DNA of 64,000 bases from Nitrospirota bacterium (GTDB lineage Bacteria > Nitrospirota > Thermodesulfovibrionia > Thermodesulfovibrionales > UBA9159): contig CAVOUE010000005.1 of assembly GCA_963699545.1 (NCBI GenBank), forward strand, positions 288,001-352,000, given 5' to 3'. A program made the translations under genes and the position numbers. Position 1 is the stretch's first letter, and the number at the start of each line of letters is the position of its first letter. This document shows, piece by piece, positions 61,845 to 64,000 of this stretch. Under the pieces are notes generated by a model, which searched no databases, was not told the DNA's origin, and saw only the letters and a list, made by a program, of their open reading frames with translations.

Positions 61845-62435
61845 AACGCTATATCCTTGCGATATCGGGAGCCAGCGGCTCTGTGTTCGGCATCAGGGTC
61901 CTCGAATCCCTCATCAGGAAGTCAGAAGTGCATCTCATCATCTCGTCCCAGTCGTTTCCCATCATACACCATGAGACCGGCATTGACTGGTCGGGGAAGA
62001 GCGTCAGAGCAATTCAGGAAAAGATCAGGGCCCACTTCAACTCCCGCGCGATCCACTACCACGCAGAAACCGACCTCGCTGCCCCGCTTTCGAGCGGCTC
62101 GTTCATAACAGACGGCATGCTTGTGGTGCCGTGTTCGATGAAGACCCTCTCCGGCATCGCGCAGGGCTACGCGAACAACCTCACCGAACGGGCAGCGGAC
62201 GTCACGATAAAAGAGGGCAGACCACTGCTCCTTGCTCCCCGGGAAATGCCGTTCAGCGCGATCCATCTTGAGAACATGCTGAAGCTGGCAAGACTCGGGG
62301 TGAAGATAGCGCCACCTGTTCCCGGCGTTCTACCAGAAGCCGAAGAAGCTCGACGATATCGTCGATTTCGTGGCGGGGAAGATACTCGATTCCTTCTCGG
62401 TCGAACACGATCTCTTCAAAAGATGGGGCGGCTGA
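61841..62435 (+). CDS. ubiX: Flavin prenyltransferase UbiX (frameshift near 62325)
   Basis: SGASG, SSGSF, PCSMKTL, RAADV.IKE.R, REMP...HLENM; C-term FY..P...FKRWGG in next frame. Confidence 0.9.
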
Positions 62436-62437
62436 GA
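62424..62437 (+). repeat. Direct repeat copy 1 (TGGGGCGGCTGAGA), 3' end of ubiX
   Basis: Identical to 63199-63212. Confidence 0.7.
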
Positions 62438-62552
62438 CAGCAAACCATCACACGTTTAACGTAGCCGGCCCCCGTTCTTCTCTCCAGTCAGTATGGTGTC
62501 CCGGGAATCAAAGTTGCTCCCTGAATGAAGAAGTTGCCTCACATTTTCGACA

Positions 62553-62581
62553 TTGACAAAAAAGCCATACTGTTTTACGAT
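62553..62581 (+). promoter_or_regulatory. Sigma70-type promoter of vapBC-like pair
   Basis: TTGACA-17 bp-TACGAT. Confidence 0.65.
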
Positions 62582-62611
62582 TGTATTATCGATAGGAGCG
62601 AAGGAGGACAA

Positions 62612-62818
62612 ATGGCAACGACCACGATATCTCCAAAATTTCAGGTAGTCATACCGAAAGAGGTCAGAAAGAAGCTCGATCTGAAATCCGGGCAAAAGAT
62701 GACGGTCATCACCAAGGGAGGCATCGTCTACTTCATCCCCGAGAAGCCCATAGAGGCGTTCAGAGGGTTTCTGAAAGGCATGGCTACGGGGAACGTCAGG
62801 GAGGACGAAGAACGCTGA
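62612..62818 (+). CDS. AbrB/MazE-type antitoxin
   Basis: TISPKFQVVIPKEVR..L....G; RBS AAGGAGG. Confidence 0.88.
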   Translation: MATTTISPKFQVVIPKEVRKKLDLKSGQKMTVITKGGIVYFIPEKPIEAFRGFLKGMATGNVREDEER

Positions 62819-63210
62819 TGCTTCTCATCGATTCCTCCGGATGGATCGAGTTCTTCACCGATGGTCCTCTGGCAAGAGAATATGCAAAGCACCTGAAAGA
62901 TCCGGCAAGAATAATAACGCCCACAGTTGTTCTTTACGAGGTCTACAGGAAGATAAAGCGCGAAAAGACGGAAGAACAGGCCCTCCTGGCTGTTTCCTTC
63001 ATGAACAGGACATCAGTGATCGACCTCAGCGAAAGCATTGCGCTCCTTGCTGCTGACCTCAGTATTCAAAACTCGCTGCCGATGGCCGACGCAATGGTAT
63101 ATGCCACCGCCATGGAAAACAATTGCAGCGTTGTCACCAGTGATGAACATTTCAAGAAGCTTGGTAAGGTAATCTTCGTTCTCCTGAGAATTCGCCATTG
63201 GGGCGGCTGA
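62818..63210 (+). CDS. VapC-family PIN toxin
   Basis: IDSSGWIEFF, .LYEV, L.MADA..YATA, TSD.HF. Confidence 0.88.
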   Translation: MLLIDSSGWIEFFTDGPLAREYAKHLKDPARIITPTVVLYEVYRKIKREKTEEQALLAVSFMNRTSVIDLSESIALLAADLSIQNSLPMADAMVYATAMENNCSVVTSDEHFKKLGKVIFVLLRIRHWGG

Positions 63211-63212
63211 GA
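63199..63212 (+). repeat. Direct repeat copy 2 (TGGGGCGGCTGAGA), 3' end of vapC
   Basis: Identical to 62424-62437. Confidence 0.7.
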
Positions 63213-63331
63213 AACAACGAGCCGTCACACCATTAAAGCAGCCTGTCCCCTTTTCCCTTGCCCTATCTCTTCGTACTTTGGGTTGAGCGGATGAAAGACC
63301 CGCCCATCCACATTCTGATGTTCATATTTAC

Positions 63332-64000
63332 CTAAAACTTCAATGATGAAAGCTTGGGAAAAATGGGACTGTCTCCTTTCCACTTAAAAGACAGCACGTC
63401 AATGCCAAGCTTGCTCAATTTGCCCGCCTGAGCTTTGCATAACATTTCGGGAATAATCAGGACCAGGCGCGGCTGGCTAATTATGTGAATACTATTGAGA
63501 AGGAGCTGGCCTACAGCAGAATATAGGCCCGTTGTACTTGCAGAGGTTTTAATCTCAAATATAGTCGAAATCACTTTCTTTTTGCCTGCAATGAACAGGT
63601 CCCGGTTCTTATCATTACGAACATCATACCCGCGCTTTCGCAAAGTCGATGCCAGCGCATTTACAATTAGGCCGTGATCACATGCCGCCTCGACTTGGCT
63701 GCCAGTGCTGTATTTTTTCTTCCCGGCATACTCTTCAGTAAAGCCTTGTTTATCCTTTTTCTCTTTCTTGACAGAGGCTGCCTTCCGCAATTTCTTGATG
63801 CGTTCAACTTCAAAGACGAATTGTTGCACCTGCTTAGGGAACCGCGGTGAGCTCAGCGCACCAATCAACGCAGCAGAACTTTTGTAAGGCCCGTCCACAA
63901 TATCTGTCCATGAGCCTGTGTAATTATCCTCAAACAAGGTCTTTCCTATTCCCTGCCGCCCACCTCCTATTTTCCCACGGTGGACTACAACTATTTCCCC
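63332..64000 (-). CDS. Hypothetical protein with C-terminal PD-(D/E)XK nuclease-like domain (5' end outside window)
   Basis: Frame open to the window end (HRGKIGGGR.GIGK...); H..I...L, RDLF...FEIKT...LY.AVGQL; AT-richer than flanks. Confidence 0.6.
   Translation of the reverse strand, partial: GEIVVVHRGKIGGGRQGIGKTLFEDNYTGSWTDIVDGPYKSSAALIGALSSPRFPKQVQQFVFEVERIKKLRKAASVKKEKKDKQGFTEEYAGKKKYSTGSQVEAACDHGLIVNALASTLRKRGYDVRNDKNRDLFIAGKKKVISTIFEIKTSASTTGLYSAVGQLLLNSIHIISQPRLVLIIPEMLCKAQAGKLSKLGIDVLSFKWKGDSPIFPKLSSLKF

Noticed and set aside
17081-62435. Frameshifts in xerC, C-N hydrolase, nfeD, SPFH, TVP38, DUF3365 kinase, KS, paaK, cytochrome b and ubiX as pseudogenisation or programmed frameshifting
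   Set aside because: Scattered single-base indels, often in homopolymer runs and in conserved genes, are best explained as long-read consensus errors; needs a read check
1-64000. Genome-wide reassignment of TGA
   Set aside because: TGA terminates many genes at their expected ends (e.g. 30318, 32611, 35955, 61844, 62818)

Overview
A gene-dense 64 kb bacterial chromosomal segment. The gene content (Ior, PaaK, membrane-bound [NiFe] hydrogenase, DsrE/TusA/YeeE, LPS core genes) suggests an anaerobic diderm, possibly Nitrospirota- or Desulfobacterota-like; this is inference only. Many single-base frameshifts in conserved genes look like long-read assembly errors. Housekeeping blocks: waaC/waaF-gmhB, rlpA, trmFO-xerC-hslVU, nfeD-SPFH, paaK-liv-ACT-paaK-iorAB, yceD-rpmF-plsX-fabH, a hydrogenase operon and ubiX. 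Highlights: (1) the hydrogenase large subunit has BOTH L1 metal-ligand Cys codons as in-frame TGA (R-I-TGA-G-V-TGA); (2) an unannotated 57-aa Cys-rich ORF has TGA at a CxxC position followed by a SECIS-like hairpin, so context-dependent UGA recoding is likely; (3) a PhcB-like methyltransferase, a dedicated type II FAS/PKS set and a PhcS-like sensor kinase form a candidate lipid-signal quorum-sensing locus; (4) an integron gene cassette (attI-like site plus complete attC, no intI in the window) carries a PD-(D/E)XK nuclease with an EVE/PUA-like C-terminus; (5) a sulfur-relay cluster contains a mini-DsrH and a membrane-anchored GGYG-repeat protein. All family calls come from motif recognition, not database searches.
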